A DNA stretch of 64,000 nt, taken from contig UQWH01000002.1 of assembly GCA_900544705.1 (NCBI GenBank), positions 1,547 to 65,546 on the forward strand, given 5' to 3'. Source of the DNA: an uncultured Eubacteriales bacterium. GTDB taxonomy: Bacteria; Bacillota; Clostridia; Oscillospirales; Oscillospiraceae. The position numbers and the translations under genes are program-made. Under the pieces are notes generated by a model. That model saw nothing but the letters and a program-made list of their open reading frames with translations. It did no database searches and had not been told where the DNA came from. This document shows, in pieces, positions 38,581-47,235 of this stretch. How positions within the stretch are numbered: position 1 is the first letter of the stretch; each line of letters begins with the position of its first letter.

Positions 38581-38650
38581 AACGGCCTGCATGGAAATGC
38601 AGGCCGTTGGTTATGATAAAACTGCCGCCCCGGCTATTGCCGAGGCGGCA
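38581..38650. terminator. Two tandem hairpins between convergent genes
   Basis: AACGGCCTGCAT/ATGCAGGCCGTT and TGCCGCC.CGGC/GCCG.GGCGGCA. Confidence 0.7.
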
Positions 38651-38672
38651 TGATCTGTTTTCGGGCTTTCAA

Positions 38673-40664
38673 TTATTTGTCGCTCTGCTTTTTCTTTGCA
38701 AGAACGAATGCCGCTACGAAGCACATGCCGGCTGCGCCGAGCAAACAGTACCAGACCGTCAGATTCGTTGTGTCGCCGGTCTGCGCGGCATCCAGCTTCT
38801 TCCACTGCGCGACGTAGGTGGCGTTGCCGGTTACGGTGTCGGCGACTGCGAGCTTCCAGCCTGCGAAGACGTAGCCCTTGCGGGTCGGCTCCTTGCCCTC
38901 AAACTTCGGGGTTGCTTCGCCGGAGAGCAGGCCTTCGTAGACCTGATCCTTGAAGATTTCCTCATTCTCTACGCCGTCGGTGTAGGTGACGGTGTACTTC
39001 GTTTCCTCGTCGTCGGGGGTGCCGTTGCCGTTCTTGTCATCCTTCCACTGTGCGACATAGGTGACATTGCCGGTCACTTTTTCGGCGACTGCGGGCTTCC
39101 AGCCTGCGAAGATGTAGCCCTTACGGGTCGGCTCCCTGCCGTCGAACTTCGGCGTTGCTTCGCCGCTGAGCAGACCTTCGTAGACCTGATCCTTGAAGAT
39201 TTCCTCATTCTCTACGCCGTCGGTGTAGGTGACGGTGTACTTCGTTTCCTCGTCGTCGGGGGTGCCGTTGCCGTTCTTGTCATCCTTCCACTGTGCGACA
39301 TAGGTGACATTGCCGGTCACTTTTTCGGCGACTGCGGGCTTCCAGCCTGCGAAGATGTAGCCCTTACGAGCCGGCTCCCTGCCGTCGAACTTCGGCGTTG
39401 CTTCGCCGCTGAGCAGACCCTCGTAGACCTGATCCTTGAAGACCTCTTCACCCTCTACACCGTCCGTGTAGGTGACGGTGTATTTCGTTTCCTCGTCGTC
39501 GGGAACGCTGTTGCTGTTCCTGTCATCCTTCCACTGTGCGACATAGGTGACATTGCCGGTCACGGTGTCGGCGACTGCGGGCTTCCAGCCTGCGAAGATG
39601 TAGCCCTTACGAGCCGGCTCCCTGCCGTCGAACTTCGGCGTTGCTTCGCCGCTGAGCAGACCCTCGTAGACCTGATCCTTGAAGACCTCTTCACCCTCTA
39701 CACCGTCCGTGTAGGTGACGGTGTATTTCGTTTCCTCGTCGTCGGGAACGCCGTTGCTGTTCCTGTCATCCTTCCACTGTGCGACATAGGTGACATCGCC
39801 GGTCACGGTAGGTGCAACGGTGGGCTCCCAGCGGATAAAGACATGACCCTCCCAGTAGGGCTTATCCGTTACGCCTTCCCATGCTGGTGTCGGCGTGCCG
39901 GGCAGGAGATCCGGGTGTTTCTGCTCCGCAAAGGCTGCACCATTGGCTGCGCCGTCGGTGTAGGTGACGGTGTATTTCATCTCCTCGTCGTCGGGAACAC
40001 CGCTACCGTTCATGTCGACCTTCCACTGTGCGACGTAGGTGGCGTTGCCGGTTACGGTGCCGGCGACTGCGGGCTTCCAGCCTGCGAAAACATAGCCCTC
40101 GCGGGTCGGGGTGCCGCCTGCGAACGCCGGCGTTGCGGTGCCGGCCGTAAGGCCGCTGTAGACCTGATCCTTAAAGACCTCTTCACCGTCAACACCGTCG
40201 GTGTAGGTAACCGTGTATGTATCAACACTGGGGGTTGTGTCCTTATAAACAAGGTAGAAGTTCTTGGAGCAGGGGTACGGCTCACTGCCGGTGACGTTCG
40301 CGGTAGCATTTACTTTGTCTCTGCTCCAGTTATAGAACGGCTTTTGTTCCTGACCCTTGGTATAGTAGCTGGCAAATTCCCAGCCGGTCCAGTCCGTGGT
40401 CGCTGCGCCGACATTGGTCGGATAGAAGTCTTTCAGATTAGCACTGTGGTTGTAACCGGAATGACCGGTCGAGTCCTGACAGGTTACCGTGATCGTGTTG
40501 ATCAGCTCAGGGTTCTGATAGCCGAGTGGCTTGCTGCTGTCGAGAACGACCTTGTAGATCTTAACTGAGATCTTATGTCCCGTGCCGTTGGCGGCAAAAG
40601 AAACGGTGACCAGACCCAGTACGAGAACGATGGACAAGAGCAGAGCCAGAATTCTTTTCTTCAT
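38673..40664 (-). CDS. Secreted cell-wall surface protein with six InlB B-repeat/Flg_new-like domains and a sortase-type C-terminus
   Basis: Signal peptide; repeats YTVTY.DG...P.RKGY.F.GW...T.NVTYVAQW; AAQTGD + TM + KKK tail. Confidence 0.85.
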   Translation of the reverse strand: MKKRILALLLSIVLVLGLVTVSFAANGTGHKISVKIYKVVLDSSKPLGYQNPELINTITVTCQDSTGHSGYNHSANLKDFYPTNVGAATTDWTGWEFASYYTKGQEQKPFYNWSRDKVNATANVTGSEPYPCSKNFYLVYKDTTPSVDTYTVTYTDGVDGEEVFKDQVYSGLTAGTATPAFAGGTPTREGYVFAGWKPAVAGTVTGNATYVAQWKVDMNGSGVPDDEEMKYTVTYTDGAANGAAFAEQKHPDLLPGTPTPAWEGVTDKPYWEGHVFIRWEPTVAPTVTGDVTYVAQWKDDRNSNGVPDDEETKYTVTYTDGVEGEEVFKDQVYEGLLSGEATPKFDGREPARKGYIFAGWKPAVADTVTGNVTYVAQWKDDRNSNSVPDDEETKYTVTYTDGVEGEEVFKDQVYEGLLSGEATPKFDGREPARKGYIFAGWKPAVAEKVTGNVTYVAQWKDDKNGNGTPDDEETKYTVTYTDGVENEEIFKDQVYEGLLSGEATPKFDGREPTRKGYIFAGWKPAVAEKVTGNVTYVAQWKDDKNGNGTPDDEETKYTVTYTDGVENEEIFKDQVYEGLLSGEATPKFEGKEPTRKGYVFAGWKLAVADTVTGNATYVAQWKKLDAAQTGDTTNLTVWYCLLGAAGMCFVAAFVLAKKKQSDK
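38800..40220 (-). repeat. Intragenic tandem repeat, 243-bp (81-aa) unit, six copies
   Basis: GTGACAT(T/C)GCCGGTCAC recurs at 39061, 39304, 39547 and 39790 (period 243). Confidence 0.9.
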
Positions 40665-40893
40665 TACTTTCATCCTTTCAAAAATAGCGGTTTGCGGCAG
40701 AAAACACAGTGCCAAGCGCTTCCCTGCAGCGGGTTAAGTGTTTACTACATGTTCATACCATATTTTTGTTTGAAGTGAGAAATGTCTCAATTTATTGATT
40801 ACGCGACAGCATTTTAAAATTTTGTACAAAATTATGGACGTTGCCTTTTTCGGGAATCTGTGGTATGCTCAGGGCAGAAAAGAGGAATGAGCC

Positions 40894-41670
40894 ATGGCAA
40901 ACGAAAAGACCATTGCGGCGCTTGCCGCCACCGAGGCGGAACGGATGCTGCTGGTGCGTGTCTGCGACAGGCTGGAACGGGCGGAACGGCGCGGGCAGCC
41001 TGCGTCGACCTTTTTCCTGACGCCGCGTGAGCGTGAACTTGTGGGACAGATCCTGCCGCAGGCCGGCTTTTTCGGCGGCACGGAGGGCGCGGAGCGCACG
41101 GTCGCGTATTATCTGCCGGACTATCTGACGCCGGAGGACTATTTTGAGGATGGGCCGGTGGCCTGCCTGCGCGCTTCCTTTTATGAGGAAAACGCGCTCT
41201 CGCACCGCGACATCCTCGGCGCGCTGATGGGCGCGGGACTGCGGCGGGACGCGATCGGAGATATTTATGTGCGCGAGCGCCAGTGTGATTTTTTTATTCT
41301 GACGGAGCTGGTGCAGTATCTTCTGGATAATTTGACCTCCGCGGGACGGGCGGCGCTGCGCGTGAAGCGCATCGCGCTTTCCGAAGTGCAGCGCCCGGAG
41401 CAGCGCCTGCGGGAGCTGCGGGTGACGGTCTCTTCGCTGCGGCTGGATGGCGTGCTTTCCGCGGTTTTTCATCTCAGCCGGGCGGATGCGGCGCAGGCGG
41501 TCAACGCCGGGCGGGTCATGCTGAACGACATCTGCTGCCTGAAACCGGATCGCCAGCTTGCGCAGGAGGATGTGATCGCTCTGCGCGGTAAGGGAAAAAT
41601 GAAAGTGCTCTCCCTTGGCGGGGAGACCCGCCGCGGCCGGCTGGCGCTCACAGTCGGAATATATGAGTAA
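40894..41670 (+). CDS. ylmH: YlmH-family S4 RNA-binding protein
   Basis: FLTP.E, GG...AER, LSHRDILGALM..G..R..IGDI and VSSLRLD motifs. Confidence 0.9.
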   Translation: MANEKTIAALAATEAERMLLVRVCDRLERAERRGQPASTFFLTPRERELVGQILPQAGFFGGTEGAERTVAYYLPDYLTPEDYFEDGPVACLRASFYEENALSHRDILGALMGAGLRRDAIGDIYVRERQCDFFILTELVQYLLDNLTSAGRAALRVKRIALSEVQRPEQRLRELRVTVSSLRLDGVLSAVFHLSRADAAQAVNAGRVMLNDICCLKPDRQLAQEDVIALRGKGKMKVLSLGGETRRGRLALTVGIYE

Positions 41671-41681
41671 ATAATAAGGAA

Positions 41682-41724
41682 TGACACAAAACGGTCAGCA
41701 TTTTATGCTGACCGTTTTGTGTCA
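41682..41724 (+). terminator. 20-bp perfect-stem hairpin after ylmH
   Basis: TGACACAAAACGGTCAGCAT-TTT-ATGCTGACCGTTTTGTGTCA. Confidence 0.75.
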
Positions 41725-41766
41725 AAATCGGACGGAAATCATACGATGAAGTGGGAGGGAGCTTCT

Positions 41767-42021
41767 ATGTATGATTATTTTTTTACCTTTCGTTCGGTCA
41801 CGGCGGCGCAGGGCGGGGCGAAACGGCTGGAAAAGGCGGGGATTCCCGCCATGATGGTCAGAACACCGAGAAATCTCCAGAAGCAGGGCTGCGGCTACAG
41901 CCTGAGAGTGCGCGCCGCGCAGTACCGCGCCGCGCAGCAGCTTCTGGTACAGGGCGGGGCCGGATTCCAGAGGATCTACACCCGGATGCCTGACGGGAAC
42001 TGGGAGGAGGTTCGGGCGTGA
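41767..42021 (+). CDS. DUF3343-family small protein
   Basis: TFRSVT.A and RTPR.L...GCGYSL motifs; SD GGAGG. Confidence 0.8.
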   Translation: MYDYFFTFRSVTAAQGGAKRLEKAGIPAMMVRTPRNLQKQGCGYSLRVRAAQYRAAQQLLVQGGAGFQRIYTRMPDGNWEEVRA

Positions 42022-43178
42022 TCTACTTTGACAGCGCGGCGACGACCCTGCAAAAGCCACCGGAGGTGGCACGCAGGACGGCTGCGGCGATGGGGAGCTA
42101 CAGCAGCGTAGGGCGCGGCGGACACCCCGCGGCGATGGCGGCAGCAGAGGCAGTCTATCGGTGCCGGGAGCTGGCGGGCCGGCTGTTCGATGCGGAGCCG
42201 GAGCAGGTGATCTTTACGATGAACGCGACGCACGGCCTGAACATTGCCATTCGCTCGCTGGTCCGACCGGGTGGGCGCGTCGTTGTTTCCGGCTTTGAGC
42301 ACAATGCGGTGATGCGTCCGCTCTATGCGCTGGGCGCACAGACGGAGATTGCCGGGCGCAGACTGTTTGACCCATCGGACACGCTTGCGCAATTTGACCG
42401 CCTGATCACGCCGGAGGTGCAGGCGGTGGTCTGTACCTGCGTTTCCAACGTATTCGGCTATATTCTGCCTTATGACGAGATCGCCGCACTCTGCCGTCAG
42501 CGGGGGATCCCGCTGATTCTTGATGCATCGCAGGCGGCGGGCGCACTGCCGCTTTCCCTGAAAAACAGCGGAGCGGATTTCATTGCAATGCCCGGACACA
42601 AGGGCCTTTACGGCCCGCAGGGAACAGGGCTGCTCCTGTGCAGAAATGGCGGCCAGCCCCTGATGCAGGGCGGCACGGGCAGCAATTCCGCCGACCGGGA
42701 AATGCCGGACTTTCTGCCCGACCGCCTGGAGGCCGGGACACACAACGTCTGCGGCATTGCCGGTCTGGCGGAGGGACTGCACTTTGTCCTGCGCCGGACG
42801 CCGGAGGCGATTTTTGCCCATGAGCAGCGCCTGCTGCGCCGGATGTATGGCGTTTTGGAACCGATGCGGGGCGTACGGCCCTTCTTTGGCAGTCCGCAGG
42901 CGGGGGTGGTTTCTTTCACCACGGAAACAATGGACTGTGAGGAGGCCGCGCAGCTTCTGGGACAGCGGGGGATTGCCGTTCGTGCAGGGCTGCACTGCGC
43001 GCCCGTGGCGCACGAGAGCGCGGGGACCTTTGCCAGCGGAACGGTCCGTCTGAGCTTTTCTGCATTTAATACGGAGGCGGAGATCGCCCGCTTTGCCGCG
43101 GTCTGCGGAAAAGTATTTTCCGACGGCGGGGAAATTCCGCGGATTCCTACTTGCTATTGCGGTAAAAATCGGATATAA
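42018..43178 (+). CDS. Class V PLP aminotransferase (cysteine desulfurase/selenocysteine lyase family)
   Basis: IYFDSAATT, EHNAV, DASQ, PGHKGL.GPQGTG and RAGLHCAP motifs. Confidence 0.9.
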   Translation: MIYFDSAATTLQKPPEVARRTAAAMGSYSSVGRGGHPAAMAAAEAVYRCRELAGRLFDAEPEQVIFTMNATHGLNIAIRSLVRPGGRVVVSGFEHNAVMRPLYALGAQTEIAGRRLFDPSDTLAQFDRLITPEVQAVVCTCVSNVFGYILPYDEIAALCRQRGIPLILDASQAAGALPLSLKNSGADFIAMPGHKGLYGPQGTGLLLCRNGGQPLMQGGTGSNSADREMPDFLPDRLEAGTHNVCGIAGLAEGLHFVLRRTPEAIFAHEQRLLRRMYGVLEPMRGVRPFFGSPQAGVVSFTTETMDCEEAAQLLGQRGIAVRAGLHCAPVAHESAGTFASGTVRLSFSAFNTEAEIARFAAVCGKVFSDGGEIPRIPTCYCGKNRI

Positions 43179-43179
43179 T
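43151..43179 (+). promoter_or_regulatory. sigmaA promoter for cdaA operon, inside 3' end of upstream CDS
   Basis: TTGCTA-N17-TATAAT. Confidence 0.7.
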
Positions 43180-43254
43180 CTAAAAGATAAAGTAGGGGTT
43201 CTATCACCGAACGGTCGGAGAGAGAACTTCATGCGCAATGAGCGGAGTTTTGTT

Positions 43255-44130
43255 ATGGAAGCTATCATCAATTTCTTCAAGGAGTTTGCCGCGCTGGTGC
43301 CGACGATCCGGATCATGGACATCGTGGATATTCTGGTCGTGGCGTTTGTGATCTACAAGATCATTCTGATGCTCCAGACGACCAGCTCGGCGCGGATCGC
43401 CAAAAGTATTGTGATCATCCTGCTGCTGACGGCGCTCACCAGCGTACTGCATATGTACCTGATGAACTACCTTTTGGATAAAATCCTGGAGATCGGCCTG
43501 CTGGCGCTGGTCATTATGTTCCAGCCCGAGCTGCGCAGGGTCCTGGAGAAGCTCGGCAGCAAGTCCTTCCGCGAGATCCTCTCGACAAAGCAGGAGCAGC
43601 GGAATATTGATTATGTTATCAGTGAAACGGTCAAGGCCTGCGAGATTATGTCGCGGGAGCGCACGGGCGTGCTGATCGTGTTCGAGCGCACCAGCTCGCT
43701 GGAGGATTATCAGAAAACCGGCATCGTGATTGACGCGCGCGTTTCTTCGGAGCTGCTGCGGAACATCTTTTTCACCAAGGCTTCCCTGCACGACGGTGCG
43801 GTCATCATCCGCAATGAGCGCATCGCTGCCGCCGGCTGCGTGCTTCCCCTGACGGAGAACCGCAACATCAGCAGCGACCTCGGCACCCGTCACCGTGCGG
43901 GCATCGGCATGAGCGAGGTGTCCGACGCGGTGGTCGTGATCGTTTCCGAGGAAACCGGCACCATTTCCGTAGCGATCTCCGGAATGCTCAAGCGCCATCT
44001 GGCACCGCAGACGCTGGAGAAGCTGCTGCTCAACGAGCTGGCGCCGAAGGAAGAAACCAAGACGCGCAACCCTCTAAAGCTGCTGCGCAAACAACGGAAA
44101 GAAAAGGATGATTCGGATGCAGAAACATAA
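43255..44130 (+). CDS. cdaA: Diadenylate cyclase CdaA/DacA
   Basis: Three TMs; FQPELRR, LHDGA and GTRHRA motifs. Confidence 0.95.
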   Translation: MEAIINFFKEFAALVPTIRIMDIVDILVVAFVIYKIILMLQTTSSARIAKSIVIILLLTALTSVLHMYLMNYLLDKILEIGLLALVIMFQPELRRVLEKLGSKSFREILSTKQEQRNIDYVISETVKACEIMSRERTGVLIVFERTSSLEDYQKTGIVIDARVSSELLRNIFFTKASLHDGAVIIRNERIAAAGCVLPLTENRNISSDLGTRHRAGIGMSEVSDAVVVIVSEETGTISVAISGMLKRHLAPQTLEKLLLNELAPKEETKTRNPLKLLRKQRKEKDDSDAET

Positions 44131-45370
44131 GATACTGGCTTTTCTGCTGGCGCTGATCGTGTCAATCTGCCTCTGGTTCTACGCCGTGACCGTGGTCAAT
44201 CCGGACGATTCGACGACCATCAACGGGATTTCGGTGCAGTTTGAGGGCCTCGATGCGCTGACGGCCCGCGGCCTGATGCTCACGGGCGGCGACGATACGA
44301 AGGTCAGCGTGAAGATGCGTGCGCGCCGTTCCGATTTGAAAGAACTGAACAACGAAACCGTTTCCGCCACGGCCGACGTGTCGCGCATCTCGGCAAGCGG
44401 CGAGTACCAGCTTACATGGAATCTTGTCCTGCCGGATACCGTGGCGACGGGCGATGTCAGCGAGATCAGCAGCATCCCCTCCCGCTTCACGGTGCGGGTC
44501 AGTGAGATCAAGACGAACCCGGACGTTCCCGTGAAGGTGGAATACACGGGCGAGCTGGCCGACGGCCTGACCTATCAGGAGAATACCGCCTCCCTCACGC
44601 CGGCCACGCTGAAGCTCAGCGGCCCCGCAGACGAGGTGAACAAGGTCGATCACGCGCAGGTCAAGGTGGATCTGACGGGCGCCGCCACGCTGATCGACGA
44701 GGAATATCCCTATACGCTTTACGACAGCGACGGCAACGAGCTGACGCTGAGCAAATACACGACCGTTTCCAGCGAGAAGATCTATGTACGCCTGCCGATC
44801 CTGCACTATAAGGACGTGAAGCTCAAGATCGACGTGGTCAGCGGCGGCGGCGCGACGGAGCAGGATCTGGAATGGACGATCGAGCCGAAGGCCATCCGCG
44901 TGACCGGCAACGACAAGGACTTGCAGGAGATGCCGGAGGAGCTGTCCGTTGCAACGGTTAATCTGGCCGAGATGAATGTGTATTCCCAGACCATGACCGC
45001 AAAGCTCAACCTGCCGAGCGGTATCATCAACCTCAGTGATGAGGACAGCGTGGAGATCCGTCTCAAGCTCTCCGGGCTGACGACCAAGGAGATCACCGTT
45101 CCCGTTTCCCAGATCGAGCGGAAAAACGAGGAGCAGACAATGTCCTTCGGGACCCAGAGCGTCAAGATCCAGATCCGCGGCAAGGCCACGGCACTTGAAA
45201 ATATCACGGCGGCAGACCTGCGCGTCATTGCGGACATGGCCTCCGGCTATGATTCCAAGACGAAGAATGTGACGCTGGAGGTCAGCATGATTGCCTCTCT
45301 GGCAGACGTCGGTGTGATCGGCGGGCCGTATACGGTGCCGGTCATTCTGAACGGAGAAATGGAATCGTAA
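44117..45370 (+). CDS. cdaR: CdaR/YbbR-like regulator
   Basis: N-terminal TM (SICLWFYA..VNP), repeated beta-rich YbbR-like domains, position after cdaA. Confidence 0.85.
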   Translation: MQKHKILAFLLALIVSICLWFYAVTVVNPDDSTTINGISVQFEGLDALTARGLMLTGGDDTKVSVKMRARRSDLKELNNETVSATADVSRISASGEYQLTWNLVLPDTVATGDVSEISSIPSRFTVRVSEIKTNPDVPVKVEYTGELADGLTYQENTASLTPATLKLSGPADEVNKVDHAQVKVDLTGAATLIDEEYPYTLYDSDGNELTLSKYTTVSSEKIYVRLPILHYKDVKLKIDVVSGGGATEQDLEWTIEPKAIRVTGNDKDLQEMPEELSVATVNLAEMNVYSQTMTAKLNLPSGIINLSDEDSVEIRLKLSGLTTKEITVPVSQIERKNEEQTMSFGTQSVKIQIRGKATALENITAADLRVIADMASGYDSKTKNVTLEVSMIASLADVGVIGGPYTVPVILNGEMES

Positions 45371-45771
45371 TGCAGCAAAAAGCGAGAGTGACGCGGCTCC
45401 TTCCTCAAAATCGCGCGGAGGTCAGCGTGACGCGGGAGTCGGCGTGCAGCGGCGATTGCCACAAGTGCGCCGGCTGCGGCGCGGTCAGGCAGACCGTTAC
45501 CGTGCAGGCCGAAAACGACATCCACGCCCGGCCCGGCGATGTGGTCTATATCGAGTCGGGCAGCGCCGTGGTGCTGCGCGCGGCCGCGCTGGTGTATGTT
45601 CTTCCGCTGGTTCTGTTCTTTGCGGGCTATTTTGCCGCCGGCGCGATGAGAATCGCCGCAGGCTGGGGCGGCGCGGCCGGGTTTGTGCTCGGCGTGCTTC
45701 CGGCCGTGTGGTATGACCGGCGCGTGCGGCGCAGACCGCCCGTTTACCGTATCGTGGAGCTTGCGGAATAG
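45370..45771 (+). CDS. RseC/MucC-like (SoxR-reducing system) membrane protein
   Basis: RESACSGDCHKCAGC, A.PGD.V and AA.LVY.LPL motifs; two TMs. Confidence 0.8.
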   Translation: MQQKARVTRLLPQNRAEVSVTRESACSGDCHKCAGCGAVRQTVTVQAENDIHARPGDVVYIESGSAVVLRAAALVYVLPLVLFFAGYFAAGAMRIAAGWGGAAGFVLGVLPAVWYDRRVRRRPPVYRIVELAE

Positions 45772-46638
45772 ATGTTTGGTTATGTACTTCCCAGAAAGGA
45801 CAAACTGTCCGAGGAGGATTTTGCACGCTACCGCGCGGCCTACTGCGGCCTTTGCCGCAGCCTGAAGCGCAATTACGGTTTTCGCGCGCGGTTCCTCGTC
45901 AATTATGATATGACGTTCCTTTATTTCCTGCTGAAGGGCGGGGAGAAGGCTCCGGCGGAGCGATGCTTCTGCCCGGCGCGCATCGTATGCAGAAAGGACT
46001 GCCTGACGCAGGATGCGGCCATGGTCTATGCGGCCGATATGAGTGTGCTGCTCTCCTATTGGAAGCTGCGCGATGCCGAGCGCGACGGGAATCTTCCGAA
46101 GCGCATGGCTGCGCGGATGGCGCTGGGGCTTTACCGCCGCAGCTACCGCAAGGCGGCGCGCCGCCATCCGGAAGCAGACCGCCTGTTCGGAGAAAAGCTG
46201 GAGCTGCTGCACGGGCTGGAGGAAGCGCACTGCGCGAGCATCGACCGCACGGCGGACGCCTTTGCAAGCCTCCTGAAGGGCTGCGCAGACTTTTTCCCGG
46301 AGGAAAAGGAGCGCCGCGCGGCGGAGCTGCTGCTCTACCATGTCGGCCGGTTTTTGTACCTTGCCGACGCACTGGACGATCTGCCGAAGGATGCAAAATC
46401 CGGCAGCTACAACCCGCTGATCTACCGTTATTGTCTGAAAGACGGCGCGCTTCCGCCGGAGGACAAGGCGCAGCTTCTGGAAACGATGGACGCCTCCATC
46501 GGCCTTGCGGCCTCCGCACTGGAGCTGCTTCCGCCGCGCACGGACGGTGCGATCCTGACGAATATTATCTACTATGGCCTGCCCGCGGTGCTGCACAGCG
46601 TTGCGGAGGGGACCTTCCGCAAAAGGAGTAAAAAATGA
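45772..46638 (+). CDS. DUF5685-family protein
   Basis: [39 protein letters not shown]...SYNP and NIIYYG motifs. Confidence 0.8.
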   Translation: MFGYVLPRKDKLSEEDFARYRAAYCGLCRSLKRNYGFRARFLVNYDMTFLYFLLKGGEKAPAERCFCPARIVCRKDCLTQDAAMVYAADMSVLLSYWKLRDAERDGNLPKRMAARMALGLYRRSYRKAARRHPEADRLFGEKLELLHGLEEAHCASIDRTADAFASLLKGCADFFPEEKERRAAELLLYHVGRFLYLADALDDLPKDAKSGSYNPLIYRYCLKDGALPPEDKAQLLETMDASIGLAASALELLPPRTDGAILTNIIYYGLPAVLHSVAEGTFRKRSKK

Positions 46639-47216
46639 AAGACCCCTACGAGGTCCTTGGCGTGCCGCACGGCGCGTCGGACGAAGAGATCAAAAAAGCC
46701 TATCGGGAGCTTGCACGCAAGTACCACCCGGACAATTATGCAAACAATCCGCTTGCCGACCTTGCGCAGGAGAAAATGAAGGAGATCAACGAGGCCTACG
46801 ACACGCTGACCAAGGGCGGCGGGAGCAGTTCCTCGTCCTCGCAGAACTACGGCGGCTACTCATCCCAGTCCTCTTATGCCGGCGGGGGAGAGCTGAACGA
46901 GGTGCGGCGGCTCATCCAGATGGGTGCGCTCGATCAGGCGGAGGCCAAGCTCGACGGGATCGCGCAGCACAACGCCGAATGGTATTTCCTGCGCGGCGCG
47001 ATCGCGCAGCGGCGCGGCTGGATGGACGAAGCCGCACAGAATTTCCGCATCGCAGTGAACATGGACCCCAACAATATCGAATACCGCAGCGCCCTGAACA
47101 GTATTCACGGCGGCGGCAATACCTACCGGCAGACCCAGTACGATGCGACGGACGACCTTTGCGGCTGCTGCAGCTCGCTGATGTGCCTGAACTGCCTTTG
47201 CAGCGGGTGCCGGTAA
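46635..47216 (+). CDS. J-domain (DnaJ type III) protein with TPR-like middle and Cys-rich tail
   Basis: DPYEVLG, KYHPD and [17 protein letters not shown]-like repeat; [17 protein letters not shown]. Confidence 0.88.
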   Translation: MKDPYEVLGVPHGASDEEIKKAYRELARKYHPDNYANNPLADLAQEKMKEINEAYDTLTKGGGSSSSSSQNYGGYSSQSSYAGGGELNEVRRLIQMGALDQAEAKLDGIAQHNAEWYFLRGAIAQRRGWMDEAAQNFRIAVNMDPNNIEYRSALNSIHGGGNTYRQTQYDATDDLCGCCSSLMCLNCLCSGCR

Positions 47217-47235
47217 GGAAAAGGAGAGGATCAAA

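Noticed and set aside
38800..40220. Possible CRISPR array or DGR template/variable repeat
   Set aside because: Units are 243-bp in-frame coding repeats with no unique spacers. No cas or reverse transcriptase gene is present, and differences do not look adenine-specific.
38607..40568. 653-aa repetitive + strand ORF
   Set aside because: Antisense shadow of the repeat surface protein; no SD, and the stop-free frame is propagated by the tandem repeat.
40818..40833. Perfect palindrome AATTTTGTACAAAATT as a CodY box
   Set aside because: It is 16 bp rather than the 15-bp AATTTTCWGAAAATT and lies in AT-rich DNA where chance palindromes are likely; cannot be assigned.
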